DNA from: Cercozoa sp. M6MM
Lineage: Eukaryota > Protista > Endomyxa: Ascetosporea
Reading direction: 5' to 3' (one strand)
Length of the DNA: 64,000 bases
Assembly: GCA_040357565.1 (NCBI GenBank)
Contig: JBDODJ010000051.1
A model generated the notes under the pieces. The model ran no database searches, was not told where the DNA came from, and was given only the letters and a program-made list of their open reading frames with translations. Below are positions 21,072-33,652 of the stretch, piece by piece. Position 1 is the first letter of the stretch. Every line of letters begins with the position of its first letter. The translations under genes were made by a program, and so were the position numbers.

Positions 21072-21706
21072 ATGAAAATACATGTGTTGCTTGCGCTAAT
21101 GAGCGTCGCGGTGGTGAGAGTAGGCGCTGCTGACGAAGAGCAGGTGAGAGTAGGCGCTGTCACTCCAGCCGAATCGGACACCGCTCCATTTCGCGCCCCA
21201 AGCCCAACGACGGTACAAAATACAGTCTGGCCTTGATACTTTAAGACCTAACTTGTACTGCCAATACGTATTGTAGTCCTCCGAGGTGGGCACGAGTACT
21301 ACGTACGTCGGACTGGAAAAGGAAGAGCGTCCACTGAAATCGGCCCTAAAGCCCATACAAACAGATATGGTACAGCCTGTAGAGTGCTTTCCCGACATAC
21401 TGTATACTGTAAACCTCTAACTGTATTTCTCCCACTGGCGTACAACAGCCTGCGGAAGCACGACAGCAGAAGAAGAGCGTTCGCTTCCAGTTGCAGCCAG
21501 AGACGGCCGCGTCGCAAACCGCTGAAACTAAACCCCGGTCCGAACCAGAGGCGCAAGGCGTCAGCGCGCATACTCCAGCTCAAGCAGTCGAGGAGGCTGA
21601 GGAAACTCCGAGTCCCGCGCCGGCGTTGAGTTGGCGAGAATACGGCCAACGCGCGCTGTCGAGCATAACGTTTGGCTGGGTGCCTCCACCGCGCGCACTA
21701 GTGTAG
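21072..21706 (+). CDS. Small secreted protein (3 exons, ~160 aa) with KSALK and KKSVRF motifs and C-terminal ALSSITFGWVPPP tail
   Basis: MKIHVLLALMSVAVVRVGAA signal peptide. Exons join in phase 0: ...APSPTT|SSEVG...LKSALKPIQTDM|PAEARQQKKSVRFQLQP...RALSSITFGWVPPPRALV*. Confidence 0.75.
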
Positions 21707-21949
21707 TCACTGCTGACTTTTTCAGTTTAAGTTAATTATCTGACTGGAGGTTGAACTGGAAACCGACGCGAATCAATGGTTTTAACTTCTAGTAAGTACT
21801 CGGGCTCGATTGGACTTAAAATGGCCGGACGCGAGTGAAAGTCCGTTGTACTGAAAGGAAATACTCTAGATCCAGAATGGGTACTACTCAGTAAATATAA
21901 AAATTATATAAACTTTTATCTATGCATGCATCGCATACGTGTACCGCAG

Positions 21950-22024
21950 GACTGGCACAGGGGAACTACCGCTAGCGTAGTACGTAAATTGCATAGTTGG
22001 TTTCTTAGCAGACTGAACTAACTA
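21950..22024 (+). repeat. Short dispersed repeat, copy A
   Basis: gactggcacaggggaactac...catagttggtttcttagcagactgaactaacta matches the reverse complement of 61798-61848. Confidence 0.75.
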
Positions 22025-22108
22025 CGCTAACTAAGACCAGCGCGGTCTGCGGTGTGGTGTACTGTACGGTATCGTATGTTTCGTTTCCGATCCATCGCAT
22101 CACATGTC

Positions 22109-23054
22109 TTAGGCAAAGTCGGCGTTGGCAACGAGGATGATCGAGACGATGAGACCGAAAAGACCGAGAGCGCTGCCAAAGATCTCCACAATGAGCATTT
22201 TCACAAACAGCGACGGTTCCTACAGATAGTCATCCTTGTGCTTGTGCGAAAAGTTCTAAAATAGAGTCATCTACCTGCGCATCGGCCAAAGCACAGCCGG
22301 CACCAGTGACGCCGATCGAGACACTGCATATGCGTACGAAGGACAGAAATGAAAGGGAGGGGGTAAAGCAGCAAAGCACAGCGTACCCGCAAACAAAGTT
22401 TGACAGACCGACGACGAGTCCGGCAAAGAAAGACGCGTAGCCTGTGTGCAAGGAGGGGGTATGAAAGCCAAAAATTAAGCAAGAAGGAAGAAAATGAGGT
22501 GATCTCTACCCGCACGCAGTTGCTGCTGGAACTTGTGTTCGTACAATAGATCACTCGGGTCCAGCACAGAGGCACCTGAAAGACAGTACACACTAGGTAT
22601 GATAACATACCCCCTATCAGTCACACAGAACAGTTTAAAACGGACCAGAAGTGCGAGTGTAGATGATGATGGCCATGATGAGACCAAAGATAGCGCAGGC
22701 TTCGCAGAAGATGATGCTAATGATGTTCTTGTTCCTACACGCAGGATAATTTCGTTCGGCAGCCTGACCTCAAAGTAGAGCAGACTCACTTGATTCGAGG
22801 TGCCTTCACTGCGGCACCCATCAGACTCGGCGACGTCAGCAAGATGCCCCTGCATAAACAAAGCAACAACACGATCATCATTGGCGTTTGCTGTCAACAA
22901 AATGGTCAATCGAATTGCCGATCAGATATTGTGCGAACCATGCTGCGCCTCCGACAGCTGCTGCAACCGACAGAAACACTCCCAGGTACGCCCAGAAGTA
23001 TGGGGAGATCGACAGAAACGCGTCTCCCCATGTTCGTTCGTCCAGCAAAATCAT
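22109..23054 (-). CDS. VMA16: V-type ATPase proteolipid subunit c'' (7 exons)
   Basis: [25 protein letters not shown]|[20 protein letters not shown]|[22 protein letters not shown] ... [19 protein letters not shown]|[16 protein letters not shown]|[28 protein letters not shown]. Confidence 0.95.
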
Positions 23055-23236
23055 TACGACACTGGCCGAGGTGCTGCCTATGTGTCCTGATAGCTACACA
23101 CCCACAGATATATGTGTGTGCACGTCAGTGCTCAGTCCCAGAACATTTTAAATTTTGCCTAGCGCTCCAGCCGGGAGCTGTTGCCGATCGCCTCGCTGCG
23201 GCGCAAATCAGGGCTATCCACGCGCGGGTTGGCGCC

Positions 23237-26200
23237 ATGAAACCCTCTACAGCCGCGTCAGCGGCGGCTGCTGCGTCATTCGGCGCATTTTTCTGGAGTG
23301 GCCGGCGCCGAGCGTCGGCTCCCAGTGTAGTTGCAGGTACTTGTTATTGTGCTCATGAACATACGCGATTGTGCAAAAATCGTGCGGCACCAGATGATTC
23401 TTGGCTCCTGATCACTCTGTTTGATTGGATCCGCAGTGCCGCACTTGAGTATGAAGGAGACGGATGCGCTGTTCGAGGCGATTGAAATGCGCTCGCGTCA
23501 TGAGGTACATGAGGGCTGTTTGGCTGTGATTTGACATTGATTCTGTGGGATGAACCTAGGTGCTCGGCAAGCACACGCAACTCGGCTTTCGGACGCGTTT
23601 CCGCCGCATTTTGCTGGTATTCAAAACATTAACAGGTCATCGTTTCCGCTTCGGGTATTTTAAAGTCTTAATTCAGCAAAACAAGGAGAAAGCAACTGCT
23701 CGAGATGCGAAGTTGCACAATGCGACGCTTGCTTTCTTGGTACATTTTTGTATGTGTTTCCATCAATTAGTCCTCTCTCCCTCCTTCCTTCCTTTACTTA
23801 AAACGTTGGCACAGGCGCAATTCGCTCGTCTGTGCGATGAAGCTTACCTGTAAAGTGTCAGCTAAAACTGAAATCAACGGAAGCTTATTTTTGTGGGTTG
23901 TTTTTGTTTTCGAAGTGAGAGAGACCTGGCGGCACTGGTGGAACTCGTGCGACAGTTTGCACGCTCGCTCGGAGTGCAAGACAAGGACTCCCTCAAGCAA
24001 CAAAACAAGCGCCGGCCGCACCGAGTCAGTTTGCTGCCGCGAAGTGAGCCCTTCGACAATATGGCTCAGATTCTCGAACTTTTGCCGCTACGAACGAAAG
24101 CGCAAGTCGCGCGACTCGCTCTCATGGTTCCTTTTTGTTTTTGCTCTTTGTGGCCTTTCTAAATACAAGCCTATTTCACTTCTTTGTGCAGAAACATAAT
24201 CTTGCACTGGCAACGGCCATGATTCTCGCTGATATGCGCGATCTCGGTCCAGGTGATTCCTGTGTTTTGGGTGTTATTAGTGTTTGTACACTTGGACGTG
24301 TTTTGCACACTCGGACAGAACGCGGGCTGTCCGATTCGAGGATTTACGACTCACTGAGCGAGGCAAAACGACTGCGTCTGGTCGAGTACATGCTGGAAAA
24401 AGGACACGCTCGAGCGGCCTGGCATTTGCTGCTCGCACAGGTTATTTTAGCTCCTTTATTCTTTGTTCTTTAACCCTGTAACTTGCCTCTGTTCGTAGGA
24501 ACTCGACATTCGCAAAATCGACAATCTGCGAAATCGCACGCTTCAATGTATGTCGAGTATTTTCTTCTGCTGTCTGACATATTACAGTTACCCCCCCCCC
24601 CCCCCAGTGGTCGGCGATGAGAGAGAAGGCGAAGCGCGTGTCGAGGCACTCATGGCAACTCTCAAAAGCAGCAGTTCGAAAGAGCCAAGTGTCGACGTGG
24701 CACGTGTCTTAGTGTCTGTCATCACAAAGCACGCACACACCATCAAGCACGCCAACAACGACTCGTCCTCATCCGTCTTGTCACTCTTCGTACCTTATGT
24801 TTACTTCTCCCGACAAGAAGCTTTTTTATCACGTTTCTGCCATCAACAGACGGCGCTGAAAGCTGTGGAATTACATGTGAACGACATGTACAGTTTTTTA
24901 TTCACCTGAGTTAATTGTATGAAGACACCAACATATCTGTAGTGGTCGAGAACACTTCCGTGACGCCATTGATAGCTGCTCGAGCTTCTTTCTCACCTTC
25001 TACGTAACTTGCTTCGGGTCTGAACATACCAATCCCGCACACACACACTCTTTAAAAATAGGCGACACAACTGAGTATGAACGCCTCGCATGCGAAAGGC
25101 AAGGCCGGCTTCTTCCGCACGGAATTCGATGTACCACTTGTGTTTCAAACTAGACAGCTCAAAAAATGCAATACCTCTGTACAGGATCTGCGACGCATGT
25201 TCGCCTTGTTCTTGTGGCAGTACGAAGTGCCGCAACAACATATCAAACAACGAATGATCGCTTGGTACTCTTTTCCAATTTGTATGTGATTAAATGAATT
25301 TTCTATCCACAGGGAAGACATCAAAGCACTCAATGTCACTGCTGACACGGTTCAAACCTGCATGGACCTTGCGGTACACTTCTCTGTGTGTTTGATTACT
25401 TTTGTTATTGACGCCCGTTTAATCGCAGAAAGGCGACACTGAGCTGCAGAAACGCGTGTTTGCTGACCTGATGGCGGGTGTTATGGTGCCACGCCAAGAC
25501 TTACGCGTGGAGCGACTCATGCGCAAGCTTCCAGAATTGCCAGATGGAGCTGCGGAAACCTTTGCCGACACTCTTGGTATTCCTCAATCTTCAGCGTTGC
25601 CCTTGAAGGCCAACTCTTACCTTTAAACTCTTTAGTTCGAGTACTCTGCACACACGGTTACGTTCCATTTTTCTTCAAATCTGCTGCCGACTTGTTCCAA
25701 GCGGTGCATTGTCTTAATTAGCTATCCTCGAAGTCATTTTTTGTGGTCTGTACAGCTACTTTCGCGTGTGGAAAGCAACGACGAACGTCAAAGAATCGTC
25801 GATAATTTCTCCAAGAAGCTTCGTGTGTTCCTGGCGACCGTAACGAATTGTTTCTCTGAAAATGATTTAAATCTTACTGAGTTTTTTACAGGGCACAGAA
25901 TTCTTCAAGAACAGCGTAAACTCCTCTTCTATTTTTATTTTTTATTTTCTTTAATGTTATGCTTGATGCTTGTGTCACAGAGGGACGGCAAGTCGCAAGC
26001 TGCACCGCTGGATCGACGCGCTGTTGCGCTGGCGCTGCAGCGTCGCGTGGACGGTCTCGATGTGCGGCAACTCTTGTCGCCGCTGCCGTTGGACTGCGCT
26101 TCTGACGAGTCGAGCGGCTCGGATTTCGTTCTTGATGCGACTGCTCAGATCGTGTGGCTACTCACCGGCGAGGTGAGTTCTCTCTCCTGTTCCTTTGTAC

Positions 26201-27798
26201 CTTGTTTTACTTTCGCTGTATGTATTCAGGAGTTTGTAAAAGACAACGTGCACTCGCAGTTCTCGATCTCGTATGCTGTGCTTTTGTTTTTTGTGCACAT
26301 GCTGGAAACTGCCGTGTGTTGGCAGACCACGACAGCACGTGCACCAGTTGATTCCGACATCACAGGTCTTCGAAGCCGAACTCGCCGATCTCGCCCTGTA
26401 CCGCCTGTCGATTGTTTGCATGTCTTGCATTTTTCGTTGTTTCCTGCAGGCATAGCGCAATGGCGATGCGCTACAGCGCTTCGAAAGCCGAGCATACGAT
26501 TTTCCGGCAGGTAACCTTTCCTTGTTTTCCGCATTCTCAATTTCGCGAGTTGGTGTGTTCAGGGTTTGCTAACGCAACTCACGCGTCTGTTGCGGCTTTC
26601 TGCAACAAGCAAAAACGTGGTAGCATCGATCTTAGACTTTGAATTTAGTTGACGGTATGATCTTATTTTCCCGTAGAACATACAAGAAAATTGCGTGGCC
26701 GAAATCGCTCAAGTTTTGCAGACGTCGCTTTCACTCTCGTACAACTTTCTTTCTTGTATCTTATGAGTTGAATGATATACACTTTTTCCAAACAGGAAGA
26801 CTGCCGTGCGAAAACTCTGTGTTGAACTCTTGTATTTTGGTATTTTTACTTGATCGACAAAAACAAATTTGTTCACAGAACAACTTGGTTCGCTGATTCG
26901 GTTTTTATTTGCAGGCGCACCGAAAGCAAGAGTTTCTCGGCTTCGTGATGAACTCTTGAGACATTCCCCGGGTATTGCGTACAGTATGAGAGTCGTTTGA
27001 GTGTTCTCCAGTCCACACTTGCAGAGAGCGACGTTTCGGAACAGTTGGCTCAGTTGCACGAGAGCGTCATTTCTGGCACACTGTATACTTCGCTTTCAAC
27101 TTTTAATTACTCCTAAGGCTTTCGTCTTGCAAATGCTTCGTTTTGTTTTCGCAGCGATAAATCGGCGGCTTGGCGTCTCGCCCGTCTTTCACAGCGACAG
27201 TTTTTGCAGTTTCACGCTTCGTTCTCAGACGGTGCTTTTTCTTTTATGTTTGGAACTCCACGAAATAATCGTTTGATCGTTCAAACAGAAAACCAAGTGC
27301 AAGCTTACTCACATCCACAGAATGCATCGGTACATTCTCTCGTTCGTGATTCGTATCTTTATCAAGCAAGAGCTTGTTTGATGACTGTGCTTAGGCGCTG
27401 ATTCGATTGGCAGCGCGGACGCAATCGATGGACGTTTGCAGCCTGTATCCTTTTGTTTCTGGTCTCTGTTTGTTAGTTTTCTTATGTGAGGTGTGTTCAA
27501 CCAGCCTAAAGACTATCTGGGAAGCTCCGATTGAAGATCCACACGAGCAAGTATCCTTGCTGAACGCGCTGATTTCGATCGTTGCTGTCACTGACGGTGA
27601 TGACGAAACTGACGGTGAGAATGATGACGAGAATGACTCTGAAAATGACGGCGGTGACGGCATCAATGACGGCATTAACGGCAGTTTGACCTTGCTGCCA
27701 TTGACACGTGTGTACTCGCTTGCCGTTCTGAGTGGTCACCTGGCACGTCACTGGCAACTCCCGCTGCGCGAACGGTAGCTGACCCCCTGCCCCACATA

Positions 27799-27896
<98 letters not shown>

Positions 27897-30543
27897 GTTA
27901 TGTTATGTTATGTTATGTTATGTTATGTTATGTTTGTTATGTCTGTGAACAGCGAAAGATTAGCAAAGCATCTGCTCAAGTTCCTGCCGCGGTCTGGTCG
28001 ACAGGTAAGATCTTCCCCTGTGTGTACACTCTTAAATGTGCTCACTTGTGTTGATGCAGGATGAACTCGTGGTGTTGGCGCGTTACATTTTGCAGCAATG
28101 TGGCGTCTCTGTGCTTGGTACCCTCCTACCTATGTGTTCTGTTGTACAAGCACACGTGTCTCTTGGTACAGAGGAATCGCACGACCTCTTCTTGGCCGCT
28201 GCGTTGAACCGTGTCACCATTTCACTGTACTCTTGTTAGTCACACAGATACTCCAGCATGGTTTGTACGCGAACTGTTGACGTGTAGACCGCCTTCTTTA
28301 GCCGCCGCTCGCAGGAGAATGTACTACTTTCTTTCACCTGTCCAGTTGATGGTCACTTGATTGATAATAGATGCATTACTGTACTTGCAGAAAGATCGAT
28401 TCGGCGACGGCTGCGGCAACGAAACTCGCCGTGCTCGCCTCGCGAGGTGCGTTCCTCCTCAGTCCCTCACGCTGTCTTTTTTTTTTGTCACTTCAATTTT
28501 GCTTTCGGAAACAGAGGAAGGCGCGGACGAGTGGTTGCGAGTCGCGCTGCGCTGCCTGGATCAGCCGTTGAATGCTCTGTGGGACCACTCGGACGACAGC
28601 TCGAATGACGGCACGGATCCGGACTGTCGGCTAAGCATTGAGAATGCCAATGATGCCGCTATTGCTCACGCAGAACTCGAGTAGCTCGTACTTTACTCAA
28701 CGAAACAAAATACTTAAAAGTCGTCGATCGATCCGATCGGGTTGCGTAATTTAGAGGCAGTGGTGTGACCCTTGAGTATTATGATACGCCGGCACGCTCT
28801 TGCGCACGTGCGCTCGTCGTTCTGTCGACTTCTGACGGCGCAGGATGTGCTGCAGCACGTGGCCCAAAATGTACGTCCAGTGTTGGTCATAATCTAGTGT
28901 GCCGTACGGACTCGGGTCTTTGGTTTGGGCAGAAAACCGTCCCAAACTACGTGGCCTCGGCAGATGATGTACTGAACCTGGACCGCCAGGTGTTGTGTGG
29001 GTTCTACCGCGACGCGCAGCTTGAGAGCGAGTTGCTGGAACAGCTGCCGGCGTTGTGCACAGTGACCAACACGATGCCTGCCCTCACTGGTACAGTTAGT
29101 ACGTTTTGTATTAAATTCGTTTGTCGAGTGAGCGATGTAGGACAAGTGCACAACAACGCACCGTCGATTCCGTCGTTTTTGGCCGCACTCGGAGCCTCTC
29201 GTATCAAAAATAGTGATGCCGCGCTTTGCTGGATCTATTGCACTATGGATTTGCAGAAACTCACCGCTCATTTGCGGAGTTTGTGGAATACCTGGCTCTC
29301 TTTGACGTGGACAACTTGATTGCTCGGTTTGTTGTTTGTGCCGAGTTCTGAGTATTCGTACCGATACGTGTGGCGTGTTGTACAGAGGTGTTTCTGTGTC
29401 GAGTTCGAATATCTTATGCCTGCTGCCGGTAGATTCGAATTTCGTTGCTGTCCTACGCTACTCTTGATGTTCTTGTTGGAATGTAAATACAGTCGAACCT
29501 GCTGCCGTCGGTTATTGCGCAAGGTCTGGTGCTTCTCGCACACGAACTAGGTAGCTTTCTACTTCAGCAGAGTGTTTGACAAAGTCACATCTGTTGATAT
29601 AGACCAAGAGGCGTGGAGCGAGCAGGCAGAGCAAGTTCGAGAATTCATCCGTACTGCTTTTTATTTTGACTTGTGTTTCTAGCTGTATCCGACCTATCAA
29701 CTACAGATGTGCACGTTTTCGATACGCTGTTTGACTACGAAACTGCAAAATCAGTTGCGCCTATTTGGGTATCTGGAATGCTTGATGTTATACTTTTGAG
29801 CACAGAGTCACGCTGTTTTTGCGCCTTGTAGGAACGAGGAAATTGGCAGAATGAAACAGAAACAGACCGACATTTTGAGGAGTTTTTGGAGCACGGACCT
29901 CTGTTTTTGGTGCACCCAAATGCTTTTTCAATCCATGCCTGTCGAAGCATTCATGCGTGCTTTTTGGTGCTTAGACGCGAGTAGCGCAGCTTGTGGGCGT
30001 TTTCAACGCCACTGGCGACATCAGGTATCCGTCTGTAGATGATGGTCGAGTTTTCTTTCTCAGGATTTTGCCAACAGGTGTCTGCGAGCATTGCTGCGAA
30101 TCGCTGCCGAAGATGATGCTGCTCCAGCGTATAAGTGCACTTTGCATGGGCAAGCGCAAACAATATTTTCTTACAGAGAGGCAGCGCAAATCAGCGATGA
30201 CGCAGCAGGGGCGCTATTTCTGGCGTTGCAAAGCGACCCAGAAATGTCGCAGCGACTCGCAGAGGATTCTGACTTGCCATCACAGCAGGCCACCTTGCTC
30301 GCCAACATCATGCGGGAAATCACTGCTGACAGCAACCAAGTCAACGAGAACGCGCCACAACTCTACTTTTCTCTGTGCGGCCTCCCGTCCGACGTCCGAG
30401 TGCAGCAGCAGTGGGCTCAGTGGTACGAGCAACGCTTCTGTGCCGAAGCGGACGCCGAGTTCCGCGCCATTGAGCGCGAGTCGCTGGGACATTTGCTCGA
30501 ACTCGCGGATGATGTGGAGGACTCCGACTCTCTCGCACAGTGA
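23237..30543 (+). CDS. Large alpha-helical protein, divergent spatacsin (SPG11)-like; start approximate
   Basis: Long run of spliced exons. Segments HNLALATAMILA, LVEYMLEKGHARAAWHLLLAQ, IYCTMDLQ, LFDYETAKSVA and LPSDVRVQQQWAQWYEQRF recall spatacsin motifs in the right order (from memory, no search run). Confidence 0.45.
27801..27931. repeat. (GT)n followed by (TATGT)n in intron
   Basis: Direct reading. Confidence 0.95.
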
Positions 30544-30926
30544 TTACGAATTCGACGTACGGTACACCCGAGTCTCCGTCAGTCTGGTCAAAGGGCGGAT
30601 TGGCTGGGCGTTTTTGAACTGCATGTAGGCGTTGTGGGCCTTCTTAAGTTTCCTTGACGAACTGGTTATTAACCCTTGGGTTTCTAGCATGTGTAGGTAG
30701 TTACTGTACCCCCTAGCATGTAGATAGGCGAGGTAGCTACTGTACGATACCCCCCCCCCCCCAGCATGTTACTTATTTAATCTCAGACGATCGCGTCGGA
30801 TGTGTATTCGATTTTCCCCTGCGATGATGAAACGAAAGACCAAAGAAAATTAAAGTAAACGCCTTGTAATACGAGCTAGTCGACAGTAGGAGTCGTTAGG
30901 TCGTTACACCGTGCCGCCAAGGGCGG

Positions 30927-33652
30927 TTAGGCCTTACTTTGGAGTCGCATCATGTCAAAGTAGCTGTTTTGAAGCAGCGCGACCTCTCCGCGTATTCTCG
31001 TCAGCTCGATTTCGTAGTCTTCGCATTTCTTGCTGTACTCTCGAAGCTCAGCTCGCATACCCTACAGTAAATCCCCCACCAAGGTTAGATAGTTCACCAC
31101 GCCTGGGCAACAGTATCAGTCTATTAGATGATACCTTGTGCTGAGCACGCTTATCGTGCCAAGCTTGCACGTACAGTCGCAGTTGTTCGCGCGCTTCGTG
31201 ACCAGGTTGCTTTGCGATGACTTTTCGCAGTTCAATATAGTCGGCTTCCTTGCGTACGAGTCGTTTTTCCGCAGCACGGAAATCGCTGTCGTGACGCACC
31301 AGAGCACGTGTGAGCCGACCCGACCTGCGAATCAAGTCGTAGCGCTGCTCGTCTTGATCGCGCAGCTTGCGCCATCGATGAACATTGAGGGGACGGTTTA
31401 GTTCTTCGCGGAGTCGCTGCACCTTCAATCTCATACTCGTCACCTGGGTTTGCAAAGAATCACGATGCTCGTTGAGTTTTCGAAACTCGGAGAAGTGAGG
31501 ATCCATCTGCTCGTATTTGTCGCTCAACTCGTCTCGCTTGACTTCCAATGCAATCAGTTCGCGCTGCTTCTCGCGAAATTGTGCTTCACCCTTCATGAAG
31601 AGCGACTGTTGTAAACGAAGCTTCTCGTAGCAGTCACCAAGTTCTGAGTCGCGTGCGTTGAGTTGCACCAGGAGAACTCGAATTTCGTTCTCCACGAGTT
31701 TTAGCTGTTGTTCTTCGTGAGCGTGTTCAGTCTGCCCTTCTTTCAAAACGTCGCGCATGCTACTTATGGCATGCGTACGATCTCGTGTCACTTCTTGGGC
31801 TTGTCTCATTTTGTCTTTAAGCTCTTGAAGCCGCTGCTGAAGTGAGTTGATTTCGCCGTTGATTCGCTCGACTGCAAAGTGCTCGCTAATAAAACCAGCG
31901 TCCTTTTCGTTCAATTCCTGTTTCGTGAAAGCTATTTGCTGCTTCAAATGCTTGTGTTCGAGCTCGTATCTCGATTGTGACGCTCTCTGCTGGACCATTT
32001 GCTCAAGGTATTGATCCCTGAGAACACAAGGGACGTTCCACACATATATCCTTCGAGCAAGGTCGGTGTCGGTACCGATCCTTGCGCAGAGCATCGACAA
32101 GTTGACTCTGTTGAGAGAGCTGTTTGTTCTTTTCGTCGATCAAGTGTGTTAGCTTTAATTGATCCGATTCACACAGACGCATGCGTTGCTCGGCTTTGGC
32201 GAGGCGGACATCCATGACAGCCTCTTCTTCTTCCTTCTGAAGAATGTTGTCTCCTTCTTCCTCCAGCGCAGTGGCCAGCTGCTGACACCCTCGTGTGGCA
32301 TTCCAAAGTTCTCGCTGGAGAGAGCTCTGAATATTCTTGCCCATTCGAACGCGTGTTGCTTGAGCTTCAAGTTCGCGTACGGCAACGCTCTGTGCATCTC
32401 GTGCAACAGCTTCGTCGCGTATCACTGTGTTCAACCTTCGTTCCAGCTGTGTCGCCGCAGATTCAACTTCGTGAAGGTCGCTTTGGGCTTGCGAACTTTG
32501 TTTTGAGAGTTCCTTTACGGAGACACTCAAGCGAGAAAGTTCTGCATCCAACTTGCCTGTTGCTCGAACCATGAGACTTAGCGCCTTTCGCTCCACTTCG
32601 AGTTCTTTCCTCACCTTTCGTTGTACCGATTGTCTTGCGGCTTTTTCTTGCTCAAGCTGCTTCACATCTTCACGCGCCGCAGAGAGATTGACACGGAGTT
32701 CCGAGTTCTCGAGCTCTAAGCCCTCCTTCTCTTTCGACACGAGTTGTATTGAGGCGCTGACGTTCGTCTTCTTGTTTTGTATCTCGATGAGCTTGCCACG
32801 AAAGTCGACGAACTGTGTTTGGAGACGTTCCTGAGCTTCGACGGCTTCCGTCCTGTCGCGATTCAACTCGTCGATAGTACGAGCCAATTCTTCGGCCCGA
32901 GACTCAAACTTCCGTAGCAGTTGCACATCCTTTGGGATCACGGACTGAGCTTTTCGCAAGTCTGCCTTGAGCAAAGCTAGGTCGCTGCTTAACTTTGCGG
33001 ACTCTTCTTCAAGATTTGCCACTGCGTCGGCCCTCTTTTTAAACAGCACGCGCGCTTCGGTCAACAAGCTACGCTGAGCATCACGGCTGGCAGCTGCCTG
33101 CTTTTGCTCTTCTTCAAGAGCTTCGATTTTCTTACTTCCTTCTCGCTCGAAATCCTCGTGGCATTTTTCATGTTGTGTTTGAAGGTCCACCAACGACTTT
33201 CGCAGGTTCGAAATGTTGTCAAGTGTGCCGGTTATTTCTTCGCTCATCTGAAGTTTCTTGTCCCCAATGTTCTTGCGCTCTTTCTCTGCGTCTGCAAATT
33301 CCTCGTTTATGGACGCAAGCATTGCTTTACACTCCTCTTTTTGCTTCTGGAGTGATTGTGTCAGATCCAACAGCTCACGGCACTTCGCAACAAAGCGTGA
33401 CTCCGAGTCGTGCGACTTGCGAAGTGCGTTTTGAAGCTTCTCCATCTCGCGCACATACAGTCCAAGTCGCTGGGAGGTGCTCGGGTCACGCACTGTGACG
33501 ACGAAGCGTTCTTCGATTTCGCGTATTCGCAGTAACTCATCTTCGCCGATCTGCGAGGTCGATACCGAGGTGCCAGTGGCGAAACTCGAACGTGTTCCGG
33601 AACTGCTTTCACCCGAAGGGTGCGCGACAGAGCGCTCGCCCTCTGCTGACAT
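30927..33652 (-). CDS. CFAP58: Cilia- and flagella-associated protein 58 (coiled coil, 3 exons)
   Basis: The two long ORFs are joined by a GTACC...CAG intron (RKDR|DQYL). Diagnostic YEKLRLQQSLFMKGEAQF, ELNRPLNVHRWRKL and KQPGHEAREQLRLY. Last exon GMRAELREY...SKA*. Confidence 0.9.

Noticed and set aside
22590-22645. Possible 2-nt micro-exon (tgatag-gg-gtatgt) in VMA16
   Set aside because: A single ~68-nt intron already keeps the frame.
30690-30780. ctagcatgt...tactgtac local repeat
   Set aside because: Two to three short degenerate copies between convergent genes; no further structure seen.
32003-32100. Apparent frameshift between the two CFAP58 ORFs
   Set aside because: A canonical GTACC...CAG intron restores the frame.
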